Assembly: GCF_036321535.1 (NCBI RefSeq)
Contig: NC_087436.1
Coordinates: 32,614,001-32,678,000 of the forward strand
Direction of reading: 5' to 3'
Origin: Camelus dromedarius
Lineage: Eukaryota
Length of the DNA: 64,000 nucleotides
Part shown: positions 26,401 through 38,510 of the stretch, in pieces
Layout: every line of letters starts with the position of its first letter
How positions within the stretch are numbered: the stretch's first letter is position 1
Translations under genes and position numbers: made by a program
The notes under the pieces: generated by a model
Seen by the model: only the letters and a program-made list of their open reading frames with translations
Told to the model about the DNA's origin: nothing
Databases searched by the model: none

Positions 26401-29400
26401 GAACAAATTATAAGCCAACAAATTGCACAACCTAAAAGAAATGGGTAAATTCCTAGAAAATTTATTCTACCAAGTCTGAATCATGAAGAAATAGAAAATT
26501 TGAACAAACTAATAATGAGTGGGGAGATTGAATCTGTAATAAAAAAACCTCTCAGCAAAGAAAAGCTCCCTCTCCCCTAAACCCAATGATTTCACTAGTG
26601 AATTCTATCAAACATTTAAAGAATTAACACCAATTCTTGTCAAACTCTTCCAAAGAACTGAAAAGGAGAGAAAACTTCCAAACTCATTTTAAGATGCCAG
26701 CATTACCCTGATACCAAAGCCAGATGAGAACACTGTAAGAAAAGAAAATCACAAGCCAATATCCCTGATGAGTAAAGATGCAAAAATTCTCAATAAAATA
26801 CTAGCAAACTGAATTCAACAGCACATAAAAGGATCGTACACCATTATCATGTGGAATTTATCCCTGGAATGCAAAGATGGTTCAACATATGCAAGTCAAT
26901 TAATGTGATATACATTAATAGAATGAAAGGTAAAAATAATATGATCATCTCAATAGATGCAGAAGAAACATCTAATACAATACAGCACACTTGCATGATA
27001 AAAACTCAACAAGTTTAGTATAGAAGAAACATCCCTCTACATAAAAAAGGCCACATATGACACAGTCATAACTAACAGCATACTCTATGGTGAAAGGTTG
27101 AAAGTTTTTTCTGTAAGATTGGGAACAAGACAAGGGTGCCCACTCTCACCATTTCTATTCAACACAGCACTGGAAATCCTAGCCAGAGCCATCAGGCAAG
27201 AAAAATAAATAAAAACCACACAAATCTGAAAAGAAGAAATAAAACTGTATTTGTTTGCAGATGGTATGATTTTATATATATAGAAAATCTGAAAGACTAT
27301 CAAAAACTGTTAGAACTAATCAACTAATACATTAAAGTTGCAGGTTACAAAAATCAAAATATAAAATTAGTTGTGATTCTATAAACTAATAATAACCATC
27401 TGAAAATAAAGAAAACAGTCTCATTCACAATAGCATCAAAGCAAATAAAATACTTAGGAATAAATTTAACCAAGGAAGTGAAAGATCTGTAAACTGAAAA
27501 CTGAAAGAAACTGAAGAAGACACACATAAATGGAAAGATATTCCATGCTCATGGATTGGAAGTATTAATACTGTTAAAATATCCACATGATACAAAGTTA
27601 TCTGTAGATTCAATACAATCTCTATTAAAAGTCAAATAGAAAAACCATCCTAAAATTTGTATGAAAACACAAAAGACCCTGAAGAGCCAAAGCAATCCTG
27701 AGAAAGAACAAAGAGGGAAGAATCACACTTCCTGATTTCAAACTATACTAAAAAAACTATAGTAATCAAAACAGTGTGGTACTGACATAAAAACAGACAC
27801 ACAGACTAGTGGAACAGATTTGAAAGCCTAGAAATAAACAGTTTCATATACAGTCAACTAATATTTGACAAGAGAGCCAAGATTATTCAATAGGGAAAGG
27901 ACAGTCTCTTCAATAAATGGTGCTGAGAAAACTGTCAAACCACATACAGAAGCATGAAACTGGACTCCTGCCATGCACTACTCACAAAAATTAACTTGAA
28001 ATGGATTAAAGACTTAAATCTGAAACCATAAAACTAGAAGAAAACATAGGGGAAAATTTTCTTGACATTGATTTTGACAATAATTTTTTGGATATGACAC
28101 CAAAAGTACAAGTAACAAAAGCAAAAATTAATAGGTGGTACTACATCAAACTATAAATCCTCTATACAGCAAAGGAAACCATTAACAAAATGAAAAGGAA
28201 ACCTACAAAATTACTTTGTACTAATACACTTTCATATTACAAAGGTAATTTAGTGGAAGAATGTCTTTTGATATCTGAATCATCTGAAATAACACAAACA
28301 GAACTATACATTAAAACATACTCATTTGGATAACAAAAAAAGACAAGTTAAATAAGAAAAAAAAAATCTCCTTTCTTATAGGTGGACATTGAAATAGACC
28401 TAATTCAGTTTTCTTTTTAAAAGCTTCCAAAGACAAAAGCAGCTTAAAATTTAATTAAAATGAATAAAAGATTTGTTTATTAAACTACTCGTCTCCAGCA
28501 CCATTTTCTGTTTTCTGTTGTTTTGATGCTTATTCTTCTTTGTCTGTTTCTTCTCTTGCTCTTTTTTACTGGAATAGGAGAAAATAACTGCAAATCATAT
28601 ATCTGATAAAGGGTTAATTTACAAAATATATAAGAATTCATACAACTCAACAGCAAAAACCAAAAAAATCTGATTAAAAAATGGGCACAGGAATTTTAGA
28701 GACTTTTTGCCAAGAAGACAGAAATAGCCAACAGATTGAGGAAAAGATGCTCAACACCACTAGTCATCAGGGAAATGCAAATCAAAACCAAACTGAAAAA
28801 TCACCTCACATCTGATAAAATGGCTATCGTAAAAAAGACAAGAGATTACAAATAATGGCAGGGATGTAAAGAGAAAAGAAAAAGTGTATACTATGTAGGA
28901 ATGTAAATTGGTGGAGCCACTATGGAAAATAGTATGGAGGCTCCCCCCCCCCCCCAAAAAAAAACCCCCTGAAAATAGAACAACCATATGATCCAGTAAT
29001 ACCAATTCTGGGTATATATCCAAAGGTGAAATCAGGTCATAAAGAGATATCTGCATTCCCATGTTCATTGCAGCATTAGTCACAATAACCAAGATACAGA
29101 AATAACCCATGTTTTCATCAATGAATGAATGGATAAAGAAGGTGTGATACACACACACTGAAATATTTACTCAGTCATAACAAAGAAGGAAATTCTGCCA
29201 TTTGTAACAGCATAGATGGACCTTGAGAGCATTACGCTAAGTGAAATAATTCAGATAGAGAAAGTCGAATGCTGTATAATATCACTTATACGTGGAAATC
29301 AAAAAAGCCAAACTTACAGAAACAGAGTAGAATAATGGTTACTGGGTCTGGGAGATGAAGGAAATGGAGAGATTTTAATCAAACGGTATAAACTTTAAAT

Positions 29401-29665
29401 TATAAGATGAGTAAGTTTTGGGAAGCTAATGTACAACATGGTGATTATAGTAAACACTATATTATATATTTGAAAGTTGCTAAGAGAATAAATATTAAAT
29501 GTTCCCATCACAAAAAGGAAATGGTAATTATGTGAGGTAATAGAGGTGTTAATTAATGCTAGGTGGTAATCCTTTCACAATGTGTAAGTGTATCAAATTA
29601 ACATGTTGTATACCTTAAATTTATATAATGTTACATGTTAATTAAATCTCAATAAAGCTGGAAAA
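23410..29665 (+). mobile_element. Full-length inactive L1 (L1MA9-like): 5'UTR, ORF1 (~24195-25130), ORF2 (~25612-29270), 3'UTR
   Basis: 5' start 'gagagtgatgtcagcattgtggcagaatag'-like; ORF1/ORF2 motifs with many stops and frameshifts; L1MA-type end 'tgtataccttaaattta...ctcaataaagctggaaaaaaa'; short TSD aaattat (23403-23409 / 29666-29672). Confidence 0.92.
28211..28572 (-). pseudogene. SSB: Processed-pseudogene fragment of La autoantigen mRNA (C-terminal codons plus 3'UTR)
   Basis: Minus strand 28572-28485 translates PVK(+1 nt)[24 protein letters not shown], matching the La C-terminus [29 protein letters not shown]; the following sequence resembles the SSB 3'UTR as recalled (gaattaggtc..ttcaatgtccacct..gaaagga; gtttgtgttatttcagatgattca; tgtattagtacaaa). 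Confidence 0.92.
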
Positions 29666-30067
29666 AAATTATAGTTCATTCATTTAATGGAATATCATCT
29701 AGTCATGAAAAAACTATTTAAGATATGTATTTGTTTGGATGAAAAGATTTCATGGTACATTGTTAAGGTACAAAGCAGATTTTATGTGTATTTTATATTT
29801 ACATATAGAGCAGTATGGAGCTCTTTGGGTAATTAGGGCAAAATTTTCTTCCTGATTATCTATACTTTTATTTTTCTACTGAAAACTCAAATTTAAAAGG
29901 TTTAATTATCATTAAACACAAACATTTAAAACCATCCCATGTGATTTCCTTATTTCCTTTTATTCAAGTAAGATACATTTGTATGTGCATGTATACATAG
30001 AAATAAAATACTGTTTTTGAGTAATGTTCTCTAGTGTCTTGGTATTTAAATTAAGGGAGAGGCTTTT

Positions 30068-30490
30068 TAAACTAAAAGTCAACTTATGACACTTCTCTGC
30101 TCAAAACCCTCCAAAGACTTCACATATTACTCTGAGTAAAAGCCACATGGCATTAAAAGGGCCCACAAGGTCCAACCTGAGGCAACCCTCTCTGTCTGAC
30201 TTTGTCTCTGGGTACTCTCCCCTAGCTCACTCCACTCCGGCCACACTTGACCTCCTTGCTGTGCCTAGAACTCTCCAACTTTGTTCCTTCCTTAGGGCTT
30301 TTACACTTGCCGAGCCTTTTGCTGAAATGTTGTTGCTCCAGATTCTGCATGCTAACACCGTCTCTTTCACATCTTTGCTTAAATATCTTCTCAAAGAGGC
30401 CTAAACTGACCTCTGTATTTAAAACTGCAGCCTACCCCATTCTTCCTAGCATTCCTGATCCTCTTTGCTCTGGTCTAGTTTTTTCTATTG
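30068..30490 (+). mobile_element. L2 fragment
   Basis: 'cacttctctgctcaaaaccctccaa...tactctgagtaaaagcc...cactccactccggccacacttgacctccttgctgt'. Confidence 0.85.
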
Positions 30491-30903
30491 AGCAATAAGG
30501 TATTACTTAAGTGGAGGATGCAATGGTGATCACTGTGTTTAAAGTACACCAAATTCTATATATTGTTTGGTTGACAGTATATATTGCTTAACTTCAAATT
30601 CTGTCAGATTAAATATGTATTTTAAGTTTCTGGAGAGGCAGAGGAAAAGTAGAAATAGAGTATATAAATTCCCAGATATTAGAGGAGAATAAAGGAAAGA
30701 AGGCAATTAATCCAAAAAGGAAAGCATCAGTTAATCCAAAAGAACACAAGCGGGGAAAAAGGAACATAGAAAAAGAAGGATAAAATAAAAGCACAAAACA
30801 AGAAATAACTCCAAATATATATGTTTTCAATAATTACATGTGTGTTTGCAATAAAAATAAATTAGCTAAATGCTCCAGTTAAAAGCAAACACTGTCAGAC
30901 TGG

Positions 30904-30906
<3 letters not shown>

Positions 30907-30939
<33 letters not shown>
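30907..30939. repeat. (CA)n microsatellite
   Basis: Perfect acacac... run of about 16 units. Confidence 0.95.
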
Positions 30940-30941
<2 letters not shown>

Positions 30942-32151
30942 CACAGACACTGAGAGCGAAAGGATACCAAAGACTGAAAGTAAAAGGGTAGGAAAAGATA
31001 AGGAAATGTGTATGAAATGAAAGTTGGTGTAGCATATTAATACTGGACAAAATAGACTTTATGTTTAAACAGTAAAAAAAGATTAGGACACAAATAATTT
31101 ATCATCCCAAGCTTAAATATACCTAATAATATAACTTTGAGTATATGAAGCAAAAATTAATAGAACTGAAAATATAAACTTATATACTATATTTACCATG
31201 TATCTACCGCTTATCAAATTGGTAAATATCACTTATTACCATGGGAAATTTTAGTAGTGCTCTCAGTAATTTATAGATTAAGCGAACAAAAAATTCCAGT
31301 TAAGATATATAATACTTAATAACACAATTAAAAATCTAAATCTAATGGATATATTCAGAAAATGTAACTCTACAACTGGTGTATATACATTCTTCTCAAG
31401 CTCATGAATCTTCTCAGCTCATAAAAATTGACTATATTCTGGGTCACAGAGTAAGAACTCAAGAAATCAGTATCATATAGATCATGTTCTTTGACCTTAA
31501 GTCAATTACATTAGAAATCAATAAGGCAATGAAATAATAAGATAACTAAATAAACCCCTTACACTTGGAAATTTAAAAAATATTCTAATGTTCATTGGTA
31601 AAAAAAGAAATCATATTAGAAATGAGAAAAGTTTGGTCTAGAATAAGAGAGAACATGGGGAAACTTATAGCCTTAAATACTTATGCTATCAAAGAAGAGA
31701 TTTAAAAATTTTGACCTCTTCAGGTCACTTTGGAAATTGGAAAAAGTACAGGAGAATAAACATAAATAAAGTCATAGGAGGGAAACAATAAAGATAAGAG
31801 GGAAATTAACAAAGTTAAAAATAAGGTACAATAAAGAAAATGAAGAAGTCAAAAATTGACTCTGAAATACTAGTAAAATTATAAAAAAGACTTATAGCAA
31901 AAAGAGAAAGGTCACAAGTAAAATAACGAATGAAAAGAGGATCAAATACAGCAGAGATTAAAAAGGTAAGAAAAAGTTACAAACAACTTCATGCTGATAA
32001 ATCTAAAAATGAACTGGATGAATTCCCAGAAAAATGTTTACCCTAAATGACTTAAGTAGTATTAGAAACATGAATCTATAACCAGTTAAAAAAAAAAAAA
32101 ATTGAATCAGTAGTTATATATCTTTCCACAAAGAAAGTACCAGGCCAGAGA

Positions 32152-32187
32152 GGTTTTGTTTTTGTTTTTGTTTTTGTTTTGTTTTTT
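32152..32187. repeat. (GTTTTT)n/(GTTTT)n simple repeat
   Basis: gttttgtttttgtttttgtttttgttttgttttttt. Confidence 0.9.
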
Positions 32188-33369
32188 TCTTTTTGGAGAT
32201 CTAGCAAAAGGCAGGCATAATTTTAGTCTTAAAAAAGTTATTTTATATATGATAGTATATATAAAATTTTACAATGATAGTACAATTTTGATGTCAAAAA
32301 CCAAAGAGTAGGGAAAAGGAAAACTGCAGACCAGTTTTACTCATTAAACAGGGTTATAAAAATTCTAAACAGATTCTTACAAATCCAGTAGTGTATAAAA
32401 AGTATAATAATACATAGATTATTCAGTGTTATGTTTAATGATCTTTCACCATATTACAGATTACAATATTAATCCATAAAGAAAAAGACTGATTATAATT
32501 CTTGTATTAAAATTAAGATATGCTTAACAAAAGACATCTTAAAGTTAAACAAGAGATTCAACTTGAAAGAAGAAATCTGCAACATACATACTGACAAAGA
32601 AATGTTGCCTAAAATATACTAATTCCTTTTAAAAGATGGATAAAGGGCAAGTCATCCAATAGGAGAATGAGTCAGTGACATGACAAGGTATCCAGAAGAA
32701 GAAACAGAAACAACCAAAACTATAAAAAGATGCTCAACTCCAAGTAATCACAGAAATGCAAACAGAACCACAATGAAGTACAATGGAGTGCTGTTTTATG
32801 TATTATAGTGGCAAAAATAAAATATATAATGCCAAGGGTTGCTGAGGATGTACATAAAGCAGAGACTCTTATACACTGATTACTGAAATATAAATGGGTA
32901 CAAAATCTTGGAAGATAATTTGAAATTATCTAGTAATGTTGAAGATGTGTAAATCTACAAGATGGCAATTAGACTTCTACCTAAACACCTTGGAGAAACT
33001 CTTGCACTTGTAGACCAAGAGACATGGACAAGAATTGTCACAGCTGCATTATTTACGATAGCCCCAAGCTGGAAGCAATGTGAAGTTTCAATGGCAGACG
33101 ACTATAGAAACTGTGGCATTCATATTGTGGAACACTACAGAACAGTGGAAAATGAATGACATACAGCCACTCACATCGACACACAGAAACACAAAGTGAA
33201 AGAACAAGTTATAGAGGACTAGGTGCAGTATGAATCTGTGTAAAAATATAAAAATCAGGCAAAATTAAACAATATACTTTTAGAGTAATAAAGATATGTG
33301 GTGAAATATGAAGAAAAGTAAGATAATGATAAACATAGTTCAAGGTTGAGGAGAGAGATGAGATGGGGG

Positions 33370-33462
33370 CAGGGTTGCCAGGTGCACAACTCCAGGGGGC
33401 ACCCTTCCCACTTTATTCTATGTGAATGATGATCTCTGGAGTTGTGAAACTCAATGGTCCTT
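33370..33462. mobile_element. hAT-Tip100 palindromic MITE (MER91-like)
   Basis: 'cacaactccaggggg' ... 'ctctggagttgtg' inverted arms around 'ctatgtgaatg'. Confidence 0.7.
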
Positions 33463-33639
33463 GGGGAGGAGAATACAGAAGCTTCAAGATTAATGATAAG
33501 GCTCAGGTTCTTAAGCTGGGTGGTTGATTATAATATATATCCTATTGTGTGTAAAAGAAAATTAATAACATAGAAAAAGAGGTGTAAGAAACCAGCAGAT
33601 AGAAAATGTGTTCTTGTTCCAGCTTCACGTCTAACATAA

Positions 33640-33790
33640 AACGATGTCATCTTTGGCAAGCCACTTAGCCTCACTGAGCCCCAATTTTCTCATTTTAATA
33701 AATGGTTATAACAAATCCAGGCCTACCTATTTTATAGGATTGTGTGAGGATCAAGTGTACTTGAAAGCATTTAATATGTTATTAATAAAA
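33640..33790 (+). mobile_element. MIR SINE
   Basis: 'ggcaagccacttagcctcactgagccccaattttctcat...ataggattgtgtgaggatcaa'. Confidence 0.75.
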
Positions 33791-33984
33791 TGAAATATTC
33801 ACATGCAACAAAATTTTTCTACATATGAACTCAAAAGGTTTATCTCTTCAAACTAATATTCAAAATCTACATGATGAAAGGTGAGAATGTTCAATTTAAC
33901 CACACAACTCTTCTGCCAGTTGAAATGCTCTGTATAATTATTAGCCAAAGACTGTCTATAGCCATAGCAGCCATGGTATAGCTA

Positions 33985-34118
33985 GTCTTGGAAGGAATAC
34001 TGGCTTCGGAAATGGAAAACTTGGTTTTGAATCCTGGCTTTGTCATTTGCTAACTCTCAGATGCTGGCAATTCACTTTCCACTTCTGCCTGCAGGTTCCT
34101 TTATCTGTAAAATGGTGG
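33985..34118 (+). mobile_element. MIR SINE
   Basis: 'ggttttgaatcctggctttgtcattt...ttcctttatctgtaaaatgg'. Confidence 0.7.
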
Positions 34119-34670
34119 TTTTGTTGGCATTGTGCTAAAGAGGGAATTGCACTATTTTCTTAAGAGACAGCAGGATTCTCCTTCATTCTTTGTTTATCCA
34201 AGTTGGCTGCATGGGCAGCAGGAACAACAGTTTCCTGGCCCAGGTCATTCAAACCAGTGATGGCTTTTCATTGTGGTGAACAACACAACTGATTGCTTTC
34301 TTCTGGATTGGTTTCTTTCTCTTTCTTTTGTGAATAGGCTGCAGACACCCACCTATTCTGTCTTTAATTTTTGACTTGCTTGTGGATCATTTGTGAGGTA
34401 GCAAACACAGGCTTCTCTTAAGAGAAGATGCCACTTTTTCTTTTGCCCTTCTGTTCCTCGTGCTCCCCACTTGGCAACATACAGTCCAACCAAGGTGATT
34501 CTAATTCTTTTGATTGTAATCATATAACATAATGCTGCATAATGCAGCAACCAGGGCTGGACAAAGTGAGACCTGGGATCCTTGACCCAACTTCGTGAGA
34601 GCTCTTTTGGGTTAAGAGTTAGTATCAGTGGATTGAATTATTTTGATGACTAAAATGTAGAGATAATTTT

Positions 34671-36442
34671 TTAAAATTAAGCTTCTTATTTTGAAATAAT
34701 TGAAGATGCAGATGCAGTTGTAAGAAATAATACAGAGAGATGCTATGTATCCTTTGCCCAGTTTTCCCTAATGGCAACATCTTGCAAAACTATAGTATAG
34801 TATTACAAGTAATCCACAGACCTATTCCAATTTACTTTCACTTGCATGTACCTGTTTATATTTGAATTTATGTACGTAATTTACTATCACATATGTAGGT
34901 TTGTGTATCCATACTAAAGATAAAAATTTTTAAAAATAGTTCTGTTAACTCAAGGATCCCTTGTGTTGCCTTGTTAGAACATCTACCTCCCCCATTCCAA
35001 ATCTTTGACAACCACAAAATCTGTTCTCCATTTCTAAAATGTTGTTGTTTTAAGAATGTTATATAAACTGGATCATACAGTATATAATCTTTGAGGATTA
35101 ACTTTTTTTTTCTCAGCATAATTCCTTGGAGATTCATCCATTGCTGTGTGTGCTAATAGTTCATTCCTTTTTATTGCTGAGTAGTATTTCACAGTATGAA
35201 TGTTTAAACATTCATCTGTTGAAAGACATCTGGGTGGTTTTCAGTTTTGGGCTTTTACGAGCAAAGCTGCTATAAATATCCATGTACAAATTTTTCTATG
35301 AACATATGTTTTCATTTCTCCCTGATAAATGCCCAAGAGTACACACTATGTCACATAGTTGCATGTCTAGTTTTTAAAGAAACTGCTAAACTGTTTTCCA
35401 GAGTGTCTGTACCATTTTACATTCCTTCCAAAAATGTAGGAATGATACAGTTTCTATGAGTCCTTGTCAGCATTTAGTTTTGTCACTATTTTTTTGTTTC
35501 TGCCATCCTGATAGTTGTGTAGACTATCTTATTGGTATAATTTGCATTTCCCTAATGCTTAATGATGTGGAACATCTTCTCATGTGCTTATCCATCTGCA
35601 TATCTCCTTTAGTGAAATGTATTTTCATGTCTTTTGCCCATTTTCTAATTGTATTTTTTATACCATTGAGTTTTGAGAGTTTTTCATACAGTCTAGATAC
35701 ACGTCCTTCTTCAGATACATGGTTTGCAGATACGTTCTCCCAGCCTGTTGCTTGTCCTTTCATCCTTTTCACATGGTCTGTAGCTATTTATCAATTTAAT
35801 CTTTCATGGATTGTGCTTTTGGTGTCAAGTGTAAAAACTCCTTGACTCACCCTAGATCATAAAGATTTTCTCCTACATTTTTATTTTCTAGAGTTTTATA
35901 GTTTTAGGTTTTACATTTAAGTGTATGATCCATTTTGCTTTAATTTTTGTGGACATTGTGCGTTTGGGTTTAAGTTCACTTTTGTGCATACGGATGTCCA
36001 ATTGCTTCAGCACTGTTTGCTTAAAACACCATCTTTTCTTCCATTGAATTAATTTTGCACCTTTGTCAAAATCAGCTCTGCATATTTGTGTGGGTTTATT
36101 TCTGGCTTCTCTCCTCTCTCGCATAGATTTATGATCCTATCTCTCTGCCAATACCACACTGTCTTGATTACCATAGTTATACAGTAAACTTTAACATTGG
36201 GTACAACGATTCCTCCCACTTTATTACTGTTTTTCAAGATGCTTAGCTGGTCTAGGCTCTGTGCCTTTCCATATAAATTTTAGAACAAGCTTGTCTGTGT
36301 GTATAAAAAACCTTGGTGGGATTTCAATAGGATTTGCATTACATCCATAAATCAATTTGGGGAGAACTGACATCTCTGCTATGTTGAGTCTTCTAATACA
36401 TGGACACAGCATACCCTCCACTTATTTATGTCTTTGATTTCT
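34671..36442 (-). mobile_element. 5'-truncated L1 (L1MC/L1MB-like), ORF2 C-terminus plus 3'UTR
   Basis: Minus ORFs give L1 peptides (IKTVWYWQRDR; SVLPKLIY; IRKWAKDM); perfect 13-bp TSD tagagataatttt (34658-34670 / 36443-36455). Confidence 0.93.
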
Positions 36443-36914
36443 TAGAGATAATTTTATTAACCATGCTACATTAATTCTAATATTCAGAGAACCTCACACT
36501 GCTTATAGTTAAAATATGAAAGCACATCTTTTGGGCAACCTCATAATATTTTGGGATATGTATGTGACTGTAAACATATCCTTTGGACCATGGAGTTGAT
36601 AATAGCAGTTTGCAAGCCACTTTCCATGTTTATATCAGATGGATACATAGTAATGGCCATCCATAGCAGTTTAGGACAGTTTTACACTAGTAGAAATATA
36701 ACGTAACACTTATATTTTATTTCTATTTTCATTTACTCTTTTGATTATTGATTGATTGGTTTTATGGATCAAGAGTCAAGAGTGAACGTCTGAAAGAATA
36801 CGCTGTAGGCGCTGTGGCAGTGGTCCTGTGCTTCCTGCCACAAGTGCTTTCCATAGACAGAGCTCTCATCCTGTATCTGCCAGGTTGCTTCTTTATATCC
36901 CCAAAGAGACCGTA

Positions 36915-36990
36915 AACCACAAGAAGATACCAATACATTTCTAGTCCCTAGTACAGAATTGGCACATAGTAGATGTTCATTATATATTTC
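36915..36990 (+). mobile_element. L2 3' end
   Basis: 'ccctagtacagaattggcacatagtagatgttcatta'. Confidence 0.6.
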
Positions 36991-37374
36991 TAAAATATCT
37001 AGCAAGTCACACTATTTTGGGATTTTCACTCACTTGGTTCTTTTTCTCCCTTAGTGTTAGATTTGGCTTTGTTGAGTTCTCTTGTGCTAGTTGAAACCAT
37101 CTCTATTCCTTACTTCCTAGAATATTACTTACTTTTGGTTTATTCCTTACTTTTTGACCCTTTCTTTTACTAGCCTTTTATTGTGAGTATTTTTTTTTTA
37201 AACTCTATTCTTGGGGCCACTGGATTTTTCTCGTTCATACTGTAGGGAATATCTCTCATCAGTTTGCTAGGTATATTTACCTTTTAAGAACTGTGCTTTT
37301 CCCATGCCAAAGGATTACAGTGATGACTTCTAATCTGTTTACATATGAATCAGATTAAGAAAACCCATCTTTTT

Positions 37375-37730
37375 GTGTATAGTGATTGGCCCAGGTATGG
37401 ACACATTGTCAGAACAGGACCAATCAGAGTTCATCTGGTATTTTCATATGGATGCTGGGGGAGGGAGGGCCACTTTTTAAAATCTGGGATCGTAACTGAG
37501 ATTCAATCATTTAACAAATCCTTATTGAGTGCCTACTCTGTGCCAAGTACTGTGTGGACTCTGAATGCCATAAACCAACAGCTGTCCTCAGCCATGGCTG
37601 CTGCCTACCTGGGAAAGAAGTTAACGCTAGGAAAAGCAGCTGGAAGGGACAGAAAAGGAGAGCAACATTCTGATTTTTTGAGCATCTGAATCCAGGTGTA
37701 GCTGATGCTTATGTTGGACTTTCAGTTAAT
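37375..37730 (+). mobile_element. Old ERVL/MaLR LTR fragment (LTR16-like) with an antisense L2 tail at ~37500-37555
   Basis: 'agtgattggcccaggtatggacac...ggaccaatcagagt' and 'tggactttcagtta'; embedded 'attcaatcatttaacaaatccttattgagtgcctactctgtgccaag'. Confidence 0.5.
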
Positions 37731-37939
37731 AAGGAGGCACACAGTTAAAAATTTCACTTAAGTGTTATCACTGAGTAAAACATAGACCAAAATCTGCATC
37801 ATTTCACAATCTGAACCTTCATTTTAGTCTGCTAGTAGTTAATTTTATTTCTGGATGTCTACTGTATACTGCCACTTGAATATGCCAGTGATCTCTGAAA
37901 TAAAATACATCCATAAGCAAATTCATTATCACAGTTTAC

Positions 37940-38035
37940 CAGAATATAAGCTCCATGAGGACAGGGACTTGTCTTGCCCATTCTTACGTCTCAGTGCCTG
38001 TCAGAGTGCTGGCCACATGATAGGTGCAAGTAATT
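37940..38035 (+). mobile_element. L2 3' end
   Basis: 'agaatataagctccatgaggacagggacttgtcttg...cagtgcctg...cacatgataggtgc'. Confidence 0.8.
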
Positions 38036-38108
38036 AAATCCAGATCTCTCAAAACTCTCAGATTATGATACATTTCCATTCATCTTTAGTGAGTGCTTTC
38101 CTTTACCT

Positions 38109-38197
38109 CGGTAGTTCTCAAGGATGTTGGAATGTGGTGGTCTGGGGAGTGAGTTTATCAGAATCAGTCAGGGAACTTTGTCAGTTGAGAACTACTG
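38109..38197. mobile_element. Short hAT-Charlie MITE (MER5-like)
   Basis: 13-bp terminal inverted repeats cggtagttctcaa / ttgagaactactg (1 mismatch). Confidence 0.65.
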
Positions 38198-38334
38198 CTT
38201 ATTAGCGTTACATATGACATTTAAAAAAATTAAATAAACTCAAGCTTTGCATGAAAAAACCCACAACCACGTGAAACCCTTTATGTAATGTGAAGCCTCT
38301 TACAAACCTACTTTTTCAGCTTTGTAAATATTTT

Positions 38335-38510
38335 AGTTATCTTTTGCCATTATCTTAAGCCATCCCAAAGCTCAGTGGGTGGGAACAATGACTCTTATTA
38401 TATCTTATGACTTTGAGATTTACTTAGGGCTTGGCTAGGTGATTCTTCTTTTATACATGGTGTTCATGTTGGTCACTTGGTGATATTCAACTGCTTCCTG
38501 AGCTGGTCTG
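38335..38510 (-). mobile_element. MaLR LTR (MLT1G/H-like), left part
   Basis: 'ccatcccaaagctcagtgg...cttagggcttggctaggtgattcttc...ggtcacttggtgatattcaactg'; continues at 40625. Confidence 0.65.

Larger units (their letters stand above)
30620..33330 (+). mobile_element. Old, heavily deleted L1 (L1ME/L1MC-like) ORF2 to 3'UTR
   Basis: Collinear degenerate ORF2 motifs (ctaaatgctccagttaaaag; acattcttctcaagctcatg; aaattgaatcagtagtt; aaaagatgctcaactc; acaagaattgtcacagctgcattattt). Confidence 0.75.
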
